A DNA stretch of 64,000 nucleotides from Mustelus asterias. Its lineage: Eukaryota. The stretch is taken from NCBI RefSeq assembly GCF_964213995.1, contig NC_135806.1:77996001-78060000 (forward strand). The letters are read 5' to 3'. Of the stretch, positions 50,986 to 62,376 are shown piece after piece; position 1 is the stretch's first letter, and every line of letters starts with the position of its first letter. Position numbers and translations under genes: made by a program. Below the pieces are notes generated by a model, which saw only the letters and a list, made by a program, of their open reading frames with translations, searched no databases and was not told the origin of the DNA.

Positions 50986-52039
50986 CACCTCTCCACTTGC
51001 AGAATGCAACTTTCAATTGGCCCATTTAGGGGATTTAACATGGTGGCCAAAATTCTTTCATTACAGAAAAATCTTATAATGGCAAGAGCATTAAACTACC
51101 CTCCATGGTTATAATAATCCCCAGTGAGGGATTGGAGTTGAAGAAAAATACAGACAATATCAAGATTATGAAGGAGATGGACAAAATATTATTTAGAAAA
51201 ATATTTACAAAAGAAAATTAGATGGATATAAGAAATTGCAGAGGAACGGGACTTTAAGTGGATATCTCTTCACGACCAGGCATAGACATGTTGGATGCAA
51301 TCTTATGACTCATGCCAATTAATTATTAGTGTTTAGAATTCAAATTACAAATTAGTAAGTTAGAGGTAAACCAGCAAATACTTTTAAAAAGTAACGGCAG
51401 AATAATTTTAGCTAGGAAATTAAATGAGCAATATAAATAGCTTGAAGGGCAAGTGAAAAGAGAAGGGACTGAGGGATACACTACAAAGGAGGAAAGACTG
51501 ATAGGGCAAAAACTTGATATACAGATACCCTAATCCTTTATCTAATTAGTACCCCTTAGTTAAGTTATAGTCTGAACAGAAGATACAATAATTGGAAAAT
51601 ATCATGAAATTTATTGTTGAGAAATATGAAGTGGGCGGATTAAATTTAATGCAGACAGGTGTCAAAAATATGAAACTCACTTATCTAAAGCAAATGTATT
51701 GCCTAGATAGCACCGTTTTCAACCTAAGAAGATGGTAAGAAACAGCGATGGCATTAGGGGCAAGAAAGCAGATAGCAGAATATAGTTCATCATATCCTGT
51801 TTAAAATGAAGATAATTGCACCTTCTCCACAATCAGATGTCGGACTGAGAACATGGAAATGTTTTTGAGGTTGGAAAAAGTGGTGGGGAGATGGAACTAC
51901 ATGTCATCGGCATGCGATTGGAAGATGGCCTAGATTCTGTGTTTAATGTCACTAAGAAACAGCATATGGATAAAATAATAAAAGTAAGCAAATTGGAAAG
52001 GGAAGTAAAGTTAATGTGAGGGAGGTCATTTAATAGCAT

Positions 52040-52700
52040 TCTTAAATGAGCATACGTTTTGTTAAAGGGCAGAAAGGGAATTGGTGACCACCAGGCAGAG
52101 TAGAGGAAAGCAGATAGTGCGGGAGTCCCCTGTGGCCACCCCCTTTTCTAACAGATATACTGTTTTGGATAATGTTGGGGGAGATGACTGTGCAGGGGAA
52201 AGTAGTGGTAGCCAACTTCATGGCATCACGGGTTGATCTGCTGCACAGGAGGGGAGGAGGAAGAACGACAGGGCCATAGTAGTAGGGGATTCGATTGTAC
52301 ATTTCTGTGGCCACAAAAGGGACTTCAAGATGGTATGTTGCCTCCCTGATTCCAGAGCATGGATGTCACTGAACAGCTGAAGGGGGAGGGCAGACAGACA
52401 GAAATCATGGTACATATTGGTACCAATGATACAGGTAGGAAAAGGAATGAGGTCCTGCACGCAAAATTTAGGGAGGTAGGAAATAGATTAAAAAACAGGA
52501 CTCAGAGGTTAGTAATCTTTGGATTACTTCTGGTGCCACACACTCATGAGTTTAGAGATAGAGTTTAGAATCTGACGAATAAAGCAGATGAATCTAGGGC
52601 ACAAATTAAAACTTGGGGATACAATGTAATTGCTGTCTCTGAGACATGGTTGAGAGAGGGGCAGGATTGGCAACTGAATATTCCAGGATGTAGGATCCTG
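52040..52700 (+). mobile_element. Decayed CR1 ORF1 esterase and ORF2 start fragment
   Basis: VGDSIV, VHIGTND and SETWL remnants homologous to 20800-21810. Confidence 0.8.
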
Positions 52701-53539
52701 AGACCAGCCCTGAGGTCAGCTCATTTCACTTGCTGTACATTATCATGACTTGCTAAAGCTGCCAAGATGCAGCCATCTATATGGCTCGCTAAAATGGATC
52801 TTTGCCAATGAATGAATACTGTATGGACACTTTACATATGTGCTACTTCCCAACTTAAACCTTCCTATGGAAGGCCCATGGTGGACCATCTCTTGCAGCA
52901 TTAACAACCAGTTAGCCAACATTTTCTCACATGACAGTATTTTAAAGTCACCTCCCACACAGCCTTGCAATCTTTTACCTTCCTTTTTTCTCACGCAGTG
53001 ACTGGTGTCACTTTATATAGGGCCAAAGTTGTGAAAAGCTCGCCTCCACATTTGGGCCTGCCTTCGCACTGTTTCCAGGGTTGGCATGTCTGACTCCAGC
53101 CTGTACCTGCCCCCACCCAGATTAAAACTGCTCCTCTTACACCCACTTTTTCCTGAGGCAGCCTTGCGGAATCAGGATTTGTCCTGATTCCCACTACCTA
53201 CCTCAAAGATGAAAATCCAATCTATTTAATTCTCTGGGTCTTTTTTGCTTTTAAAGTTCCTACTGTATTTAGCTGCTATTCTTGCTACCATGCAAAAAAA
53301 AAATTCCCCTGGTGCACAAAATTGTGCTGGGTTGATTCCAGTTTCTTTGTTGCATAAATGCTTAGCAACCAACAAATCTTGCAGCTGTAAACAATCTTAG
53401 GAAGTCTGATCATTCCATGGACTTGTAAAATATAAACGATAGCACTGCTGAATCTAAGGATGGACTGGTTAGAATTTTTTTGGGTATGGAAGCATTAAGC
53501 ATTAAGTTTCAGCAATTATGAACTTAGCATATTGCTCCT

Positions 53540-55640
53540 TAACATAGGAGCAGGAGTAGGGGTAGGCCATACAGCCCTTTGAGCCCACTCCACCATTCAA
53601 TAAGATCATGACTCATCTGGTAGTGGTCTTAACTTAATTTTCCTGTCTGCTCCCCATAACCCTCAACTCCTTTGTCCATTAAAAATCTGAATCTATTCAA
53701 GGTAGAATTAGACAATGTCCAAGTTCCATTGCTTTCTGGGGAAGACAATTCCACATACTAACAACCCTCAGAGAAACTAATTCTCCCCATCTCCATCTTA
53801 TTCTTAAACTGTCTCCCCTAGTTCTATACTATTCCATAAGTGGAAAGATCCTCCTGGCATCTACCTATCAAGTACCCTCAGGATCTTATATGTTCCAAAA
53901 GGATCACTTCTTACTCTTCTAAACTTCAAAGGGAATAAGTCAACCTGTTCAACCTTTCTTCATGAGATAAGCCCCCTTCGCAGTAATGAATCAAGTGAAC
54001 ATACTCTGAACTATTTCTAACACCATTATTTTTTTTCAAATAAGGAGACCAAACTGTATACAGTATTCCAGATTCTCACCAAAGCCCTGTAAAACTTCCC
54101 AACTTCTATATTCCATTCCCCTTACAAAACAACAACTTTCCATTTGTTATCCTAGTCACTTGCTGTACCTGCATACGAACATTTTGTGATTCATGTACCA
54201 GGACACCCAGATCCCTTTGTGCCACTGAGTTTTGCAATCTCTCTCCATTTATATGGTACACTGCTTTACTACTCACCCTGACAAGTTCTTATTTTCCCAC
54301 ATAATATCCATCTACTAATTATGTTCCCACTCACGTAATCTGTCTCTCCCTTTGCAGACTCTCTGTCTCCTCTTGTTAACTTCTTTCCCTGCCTATCTAG
54401 GTGTCATTTAGCTACCATGCTTTCAGTCCGTTCATCCGAGTCATTGATGTAGATTGTAAATAGTCGAGACCCCAACATTGATCTCTGTGGTATTCCACTA
54501 GTTACAGATTGCCAACCCAACAATGTCCCATTTATCCTTAGTCTCTGACTCAATCAAACCTTTATCCATGCTAATGTGTTACCTCCTACACTATGTAATC
54601 TTACCTTGCGCAGTAACATTTGATGTGGCACCTTATCAAATGCCTCCTAAAAATCCATGTACACCACATCTACAGGTTACCCTTTATCCACTTTGTTTGT
54701 TATTTCCTCAAACATTTCTGATAAATTTAGCTAAACGCGATCTCCCTTTCATAAGCCATGTTGACTCTACCTGATCACTTTATGATTTTCCAAGTATTCT
54801 GCTGTAATATCCTTAATAATGGATTCCAACAATTTCTCTGTGACAGATGTTAGGCTAACTAGCAGTTTCCTGCTTTCTATCTCCCTTTTTTGAATAAAGG
54901 TGTTACATGAGTTACTTTCCAATCTACCTGGGTCATTCCAGAATCTAAGAGATTTTGAAAGGTTATAACCAATGCATCCACTATCTCTGCAGCCACTTCT
55001 TTTGATATGAAAAAAAACTCCATCAGTCCTCACTATGTGCACAAATCATTAAAGGGGCCAGAGCAGATTGAGAAATTTTTGAAGCATACAGGATCCTGGG
55101 CTTCATAAGAGCACAAAGAACAAAAACAAGACATCATGATAACCTTATATAAAACACTGGCTTGGCCTCAACTGGAGTGTCATGCTTTGCCCTGGACTTC
55201 AGGAAGGGTGTAAAAGCCTTAAGACAAGTTGCAGAAAAGGATCACGAGAATGGTTCCAGGGTTGAAGAAGTTCAGCTCCAGGGATAGATTGGAGAGGTTG
55301 GGGCTGTTCTTAAAGAAAAGAAGATGAAGAGGAGATTTGATAGTAGTGTTCAAAATCATGAGGGGTCTGGACAGAGTAAATAGGGAATAATTATTCCCAC
55401 TGGCCAAAGTCCAGAGCCAGAGGACACCGAGTTAAGGTGATTCATAAAACAAGCAATGATGAAACAAGGAAAAACTTCTTATGCAGCAAGTGGTTAGGAT
55501 TCAGAATGTGCTGTCCTGAGAGGGTGGTGGAGGCAGATTCAATCATGGTTTCTAAAAGGGAATTGGATAATTATCTGAAGAGAAAAAGAAAACAGGATGG
55601 GCAGAACAGCCTCCTTCAGTGCTGTAAACATTCTGTAACT
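53540..55640. mobile_element. Two decayed CR1 fragments: minus ~53540-55030 and plus ~55040-55640
   Basis: VSLTSVTEKLLESII remnant, CR1 3'UTRs and ELDNYLK remnant. Boundaries approximate. Confidence 0.65.
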
Positions 55641-57696
55641 CTATTGTTTACTAGAAATCTCTAGCTATAACGGTCTTGAAGTCAGTTCCACTCATTCTCC
55701 ATTCCACCTTTATTTAAAACATAAATGTCAACATTACTTATCCATCATACAAAAAGAATACACAGGTCCATTTATGATATCAAATCAAACGACCTGTGGA
55801 TAAGGTAGACATGTAAACGTACAACTCTGTCACTGATAGATTACATACTTGAGTCTGCTCAGTGTTTCAATGCATCTTCACACCAGGACCCAGTTTAGGG
55901 AAGTTTCATAGCTCATTCCTGGATTCTGCTCACAGCTCTCTTGCTGTTGCTAAAGGTTGCAGCTAAATGGAATTGAGACTCTGATATTTACTTTGACTAT
56001 GAAGAGAGCAGGAGTCATGATTTCCAGACGGGAAACCTGGTAGTATACTTTTTCCAGACATCCTGTTGAAATTAACTACAGGATATCTTTCAAACTTTTC
56101 TGAACAGGTTTGCCCCCGACAGGCATAGAGATTAATAACCAAGGTTGGGGGAGGGGAACTAGGGGGTGGGGGTGTACAGAGATAGAGAACCACAGACCGC
56201 AGTGAGAAAGGAAAAAGTCAAAGACTGTGCTGGGAGTGAAGTCAGTGATCATGGATGTGTAAATATATTAGTTTTACCTGAACACATGCAGACACACTTA
56301 AACCAGGTTATCAGAATGTTCTCAGCACAATAATGCAAGAACAGCTCAGAGAGATGATGCAATGCACTAATAAGAGGAATTATTTCACTACTATGATATA
56401 GTTCCTTAAGAAAACTTATATTTACTATAATTGAGCAGGTATTAACATAACGGGTGGGATTTCCTGAACTCGTCCGTGGCTGTCCCGCTGCAAGTGAGAA
56501 TGGAAAATTTGGTGATTCCGCTAAAACTCCATTCATTTTCAATGGCACCAGAGAATCCCAGCCACGAACAAGGACAGAGGGTTCTGGCGAATAATTCAAA
56601 TACATATAACCCAAATTCTGCCAACGTTATCCAGTCTGGTCTACATGTGACTCCAGAGCCACAGCAGTGTAGTTGACTCTTAAATTCCCTCTGAAATGGT
56701 CTAGCAAGCCACTTAGTTCAAGGGCAATTAGGGATGGGCAATAAATCCTGGCCCAGCCAGCGACACCCACATCCCATAAATGAGTAATGAAAAAAATATA
56801 CCAGCTAACCAATCAGCACCTATTTCTCCTGTAGTATAAATTGTGATAATTTGAAATTTGGTATTCTTGTATTTATATTAATAACTACAAGGCAAAATGC
56901 TTTGGTAACAGGTCTCTCTTTCTAGTAAGATACTTACGTCTAAGCCTAGTACCCGAGGCAGAAACTATATTTTCTTCATGCAAGTTGAGATAAGGAATTC
57001 TTTACAGTTGAGGATAAAGGCAATAATTTATTCCTCATTAGCACAATCAAGCACTTAAAAAGAGAAACCTGAAATTACTGATCAAAAAGCCCAAGGCAAA
57101 TTTGTCCTTCGTTTACAGGACTAATGATTTTGCAAATCTAAAATAACCCCATGAGAAATAATTATAGTACAATTGCTTTTGTGAAAAGAACAGAACATGC
57201 ATTGACTATTCAATAACAAATTGCACAAATATTCCATGAAAATCTGACATTTGACCAATATCTTATGCATATGGATTCAAATGTCAAAATGACATCTATA
57301 AGATCATGATCTGTAAAACTGTGAAGCATTTTTAAACTACCTGGTTCCTGTTAAGTTTCAAGTATTCCAAGATAAATAATCAAACAAGGTTACTTTAAAA
57401 GTTAAAGTTGTCATTAATGCATCTTGCAGATCCTGAAAAATTATGGTTTTAAGACTTATTTTGTTAGTTTAGCAGTTTTACTTAATCCAGCATGAGTTGT
57501 GAATGATAAATGAATTCTGCAGATTTTAAATGAATTTGAGGAAAAGATAGTTGTATGCAAATAATGGCATACCATTTTCCTGACCAAAATTTAAAAATAA
57601 AACCTATGACAAGCCCACCTTAGTGTTCAAGTACTTCTGACAATGTGGTATTTTAAAACAGGATAAACCTTATAAAATAATAAAAATATTACTTAC

Positions 57697-57753
57697 ATTA
57701 ACATCATCACTAAAATCTATTGCATCCAAATCTAAATACTCTGGAGTATCCAT
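57697..57753 (-). CDS. SNCAIP: Synphilin-1 first coding exon (MDTPEYLDLDAIDFSDDVN). The exon with its 5'UTR part spans 57697-57800.
   Basis: ATG at 57753 in a strong context (aaaATGg). 57 coding nt, GTAAGT donor at 57696-57691, AG acceptor at 57802-57801. Resembles the human N-terminus MEAPEYLDLDEIDFSDDIS (recalled). Confidence 0.93.
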
Positions 57754-57770
57754 TTTTCGTCAAAGCACAT
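57732..57770 (-). promoter_or_regulatory. Out-of-frame upstream ORF overlapping the SNCAIP start (MCFDEKWILQSI*)
   Basis: uATG 17 nt upstream of the main ATG with A at -3. It ends at TAG 57734-57732. Translation is not shown. Confidence 0.55.
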
Positions 57771-58298
57771 TTTGGGCAACTTCTTACTGAGTACAATATC
57801 CTGGAAATATAAAAATTATACTGTAAGAACACAATTACAGATACATGACTAATCTTATTACTTTTTCCAAGATTTTGTGCGACCCAAAAGTATAATTACA
57901 CTTGAATGAAGTTATGAGTTACAAACTGCAGACAATCCTAAACTTTCTTCCAAGTATGAAGTATTTTCAGTTACTTGAAGGAATAACCATTGGCCAGGAC
58001 AAAAAGAACTTCTTGCTATCCAAAAAACATGGAGTTGGACCCTTCATGTCCAACTGGGCAGGCAGGTGGGAGCTGGATTCAAGTTTCTTCCAAAGACATT
58101 GTAGATCTGTTGTGTGTAGAAATTTATTGTTGCTTAAAAGATGGCTATAAAACTTTAGTAAAAGACTAATTTAAATTTCCTTCTGTAGAAAATACATTCT
58201 CACTTAAAATTATTGATTATATAAACCTAATCTGAATAGTTAGTGACCAACTGAGACAGTGGCATGTAAAGTAATAAAATAGTCTGCAATGCCACACT

Positions 58299-58576
58299 GG
58301 GCGGCACAGTGGTTAGCACTGCTGCCTCACAGCGCCAGGGACCCGGCTTTGATTCCCAGCTTGGATCACTGTGTGCGGAGTCTGCATGTTCTTCCTGTGC
58401 CTGTGTGGGTTTCCTCCGGTTGCCTCCCATAGTCCAAAGACGTGCTGCTGAGGTGCTTTGGCCATGCTAAATTCTCCCTCAGTGTACCTGAACAGGCGCT
58501 GGAGTGTGACAACTAGGGAATTTTCACAGTGACTCCATTGCAATGTTAATGTAAGCCGACTTGTGATACTAATAAA
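58299..58576 (+). mobile_element. V-SINE with alternative 3' tail
   Basis: Head, V-domain and CCTGAACAGG..GTGATACTAATAAA tail. Confidence 0.85.
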
Positions 58577-59136
58577 GAAACTTTGCCATTTTAAACACAA
58601 ATATTTGAAGATAAGAAATAGGAGTCATAGTAGGCCATTCAGCCCTTCAAACCTGTCCCACCATTCAATAAGGTCATGGCTGATCTTCCATCACATCTCC
58701 ACCATCCCACACTATCTCCATGACCTAGTATCCAAGTATATATCGACATATCTGGAATACATTCAATAACTGAGCAGCCAGAGCCCACTGGGGTGCAGTA
58801 TTCCAAAGGTTCACAAACCCGTGAGCGATGAACTTTCTCATCACAGTTATAAATGGCTGACCCTTAATTCTAAGACTTGTTACTGCATGTTCTGAACTCC
58901 CCAGCCATGAGAAACATCCTACCAGCATCTAAACTGACAAGCTCCTTAAGAATTTTGAGTTGGAATTTGATCACTTCTTATTTTTCTAAACATATGGGTC
59001 TATAAACCTAGACTATTCAATCACTCCTCATAAGACAATCTCAGCATTCCAGGAATCAAGCTCATGGACCTTTGTTGCACTCCCTTTGAGGCAAATTTTC
59101 CCTTCCTTACATAAGGAGAGCAAAACTCTACAGAGT

Positions 59137-59873
59137 GGCCAGGATTTTTCACCCACGTTTGCTGCGGACGCAAACAGCAATGTGGGCACAAAATCCTGCG
59201 AGAGGCCAAAATGAATCTCGCTGGTAAGATCTCGCAGCACAGTCACCCCATCCTGCCATTGACGTAATGAGGTTCCACCCAGGAAAGTCAGGAACCTCAT
59301 TTAAATATATTTACATGTAATTAGTGGGCTTCCCTGCTGTATCGCCCCCCCAACATTGGGATTTCCCCCCTTGCCAATGTGACATCCAATTGGTGAGATT
59401 TACAACAGGTTTTTAAAAACATGAATCAGGCAAAGGAAACCCCCTGGGGGAGCACAGTTAAGTATGACCCCCCCCCCCCGCCACCCCTCCCGGGGGAGGT
59501 GCATGCCTGGGTAGTACCCAAGCACTATCTCCTAGAACTGTGCCGGGGCACCGCCAAGGGCCGTGCCGGCAAAGGTTCTCCTGTTTGGAGGGGGCTTTCC
59601 CCATGTGTGTGTAAGGGAGTTTTCTTTTTATCCATTGACGATTGGGATGCCCTTTAAAATTGGCTCCCTGATCTCTGGAAAGCCAATGTTGCCAGCTCTT
59701 TCGGAGCCTGCCTCAGCAGCGTGATGATGTGGGACACACCTCCAGGAGTTTTTTTTTTCCCCGCAGAGTGCTGGACAATATGGTGAGAAAGGCTGGCTGT
59801 GCAGCTGAGGAGCTGCACATCACTTTTCTCACCTGGACCAACACTTAAGAAGAAAAAATGGAAAATTCCACCC
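59137..59873. mobile_element. Harbinger-like MITE inside a decayed minus-strand CR1 (~58610-60055)
   Basis: Ends GGCCAGGATTTTTC / GGAAAATTCCACCC with 3-bp AGT on both flanks. Confidence 0.65.
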
Positions 59874-60063
59874 AGTAATAAAAAAATATTTTTATACTCC
59901 ACTCCCTTTGTAATAGGTTTAATATACCATTTGATTTTCTAATTGGTGCTGTATCTGCTATATTATCTTTGTGATTTGTGTACAAAGACATTCGGATCCC
60001 TCACAATTTATTAAAAATCTGTTTTCCTATTTTCCTACCAAAGTTTGTAACTTCACATAAGAT

Positions 60064-60198
60064 AAAAGCAAAATACTGCAAATGCTGGAATCTGAAACAA
60101 AATAGAAAATGTTGGAAAATCTCAGCAGGTCTGACACTATCTATGGAGAGAAAATCGAGCCAACGTTTCGAATCAGAATGACTCTTCGTCAGAGTTCT
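60064..60198 (-). mobile_element. pLTR fragment of a second Penelope-like family with a hammerhead motif (~60156-60197)
   Basis: CUGACGA-a-gaguc/gauuc-GAAA-CGU-U with palindromic ACGU. Stem I is imperfect. Confidence 0.62.
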
Positions 60199-60304
60199 AC
60201 ACAAAAAGAAAGTAGCTAAAATAAATATTGGTCCCTTAGAAGCAGAGGCAGGAGAAATTATCATGCTGCATGAGGAAATGGCAGAGGCATTGAACAAACA
60301 TGTT

Positions 60305-61268
60305 GGCCGGAATTCTCCCAAAAAATTCTGAAGTGTTGAATTTGTGTGAAAACTGGAGTAATTCGCAGTTTTTTTCCAATGGAAGTTCAGAGAAGAATCT
60401 CCCACACTCCGTGCACTGCAGAGGCCACCAGCATGAATATCATTAAAAACTGAGGTGTGGGGCCTATCCCACTGGAGAGGCTGAAATCAGCACGCTGAGC
60501 GGGCCACCGCGCATGCGGCGATCTGTTAGTGCCGAGATCAGTGCATGCACAGTGGTCCCGCACTGACGGCCTCCTGATTGCTGACTAACAGCCTCGCGAC
60601 CCCCGCAACACCTGCTCTCCGCCTCCTACAGTCTGATTGCTGGCCCCCCTTACCATTTCTGGGCCCAGGCCTGAGCACTCCCCTCTTGTCCCGGCCCACC
60701 CCGATCTCCAGCCCTCCCCGACCCCAATTCCCCCCACCAACAGTTGCTGCCCCCTACTCCTCCACCACGGTCCCGAGGGGCATTGGCACTTTGCTCCTTG
60801 GGCAATGCCAGGGGGCCCAGGCTGGCACTGTCAGGCTGCCAATTCCCAGGGGGCACCCTCTCCCCACCGCCTGACCCTCTGGGGCGGGGGGGGGGCAATT
60901 GCCCTCCCCTTCACTCCAGCAGGGTCGGGCCGCTTGTTCCCCGTTAGAGGGGAGCTACTCTAAACCCCTCTGGAGTGAACCACTCTGGCAGGGGGGACGG
61001 GGGAGGGTGGATGAAGAGGCTAGCAGGCCTGGAGACATCAGTCCCAGGCCCGTTAATCACATTGAAATTTCATTAAAAATAATATTTAAATTACTTCCAC
61101 GCCTCCTCGCCAATTTCCGGCATGGAGCAAATGCCGCAGGAAATCCAACGCTGGGAGACGATATCAGGGCGGGAACGCATGCGCAAATCCTGCACATTGT
61201 CCGCCACGAGATTCTCCCGGCCCACTGTGCTAAAACAATTAGCGCAGCAGGATGGGAGAATCGCAGCC
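60305..61268. mobile_element. Harbinger-like non-autonomous element, longer inverted relative of 2020-2515
   Basis: TIRs GGCCGGAATTCTCCCA / TGGGAGAATCGCAGCC. It interrupts a plus-strand CR1 remnant. Confidence 0.72.
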
Positions 61269-62081
61269 ATTGTGTCTGTCTTCATAGCAGAAGACACAAG
61301 TTTCATAGCAAAAACAGACGGTAACCTAAAGGCAATAGAGAGTGAGGAAAGTAAGGAAATTAGTATCAGCAGAAAAAAAAATTGGAGAAATTTAAGGGAC
61401 TAACATCTGACAAATCCCTGGGATCTGATGGTCTACACCCTAGGTTCTAAAAAAGATGGCTGCAGGGAAGCGGATGTGCTAGCTACAATTTCCAAAATTC
61501 CTTAGATTCAAGAATGGTCCAATCAGATTGAAGGCTGGCAAATGTTACATGGTATTTTAAGGAAGGAGGGAGAGACAAAATAATGAATTATGGGTCATTA
61601 ACGGGGTGTGGGTGTCACTAGCAACTTGTTGCCCATCCCTAAATGCCTTGAGAAATAGGGAGTTAAAATGTGGTCAATTGAAAAATGGTTTGTAAAGACC
61701 TGCCATAGCCCTTTGCTTTGCATGTACATAATCCATTAAGGTTAAGTTCGGTTGCTAGTATGGGCTTTATCCTGTATTACATGCACTAATTGTACTAAAT
61801 GCTGAGATTACTTTGGTGATTTTATGCAATGCATTGGTTCATAGTCTTGATGGTATCAGAAGGTAAACAAATGGAAAGCTAATGTTTCCACCCACTTGAA
61901 GTCTAATAATTCCACCCCTTAAAGTAACGTAGAAACATTTTCATAACTGCACAAAGAAGTGCTTAGTTAGATGGCTTCTTGTCACAAAATAATTCAGGCC
62001 TTTTTGTCATTGGCCACTCTCATCCCTCTACATTACCCTCAGTCCCATAATCTGTGTCATTGATACACATTGTAAATATCA

Positions 62082-62376
62082 GGCGGCACAGTGGTTAGCA
62101 CTGCTGCCTCATAGTGCCGAAGACCTGGGTTCAATTCCGGCCTCAGGTCACTGTCTGTGTGGATTTTGCATTTTCTCCCCGTGTCGGCGTGGGTTTCCTC
62201 CAGGTGCTCCGGTTTCCTCCCACAGTCCAAAGATGTGCGGGTTAGGTTGATTGACCATGCTAAATTAACCCGAGTGTCAAGGGGATTAGCAGGGTAAATA
62301 GGGCCTGGGTGGGATTGTGGTCGGTGCTGATTCAATGGGCCGAATGGCCTCCTTCTGCACTGTAGGGATTCTGTGA
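62082..62376 (+). mobile_element. HE1-type V-SINE
   Basis: Head, V-domain and CR1-like tail. Confidence 0.9.
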
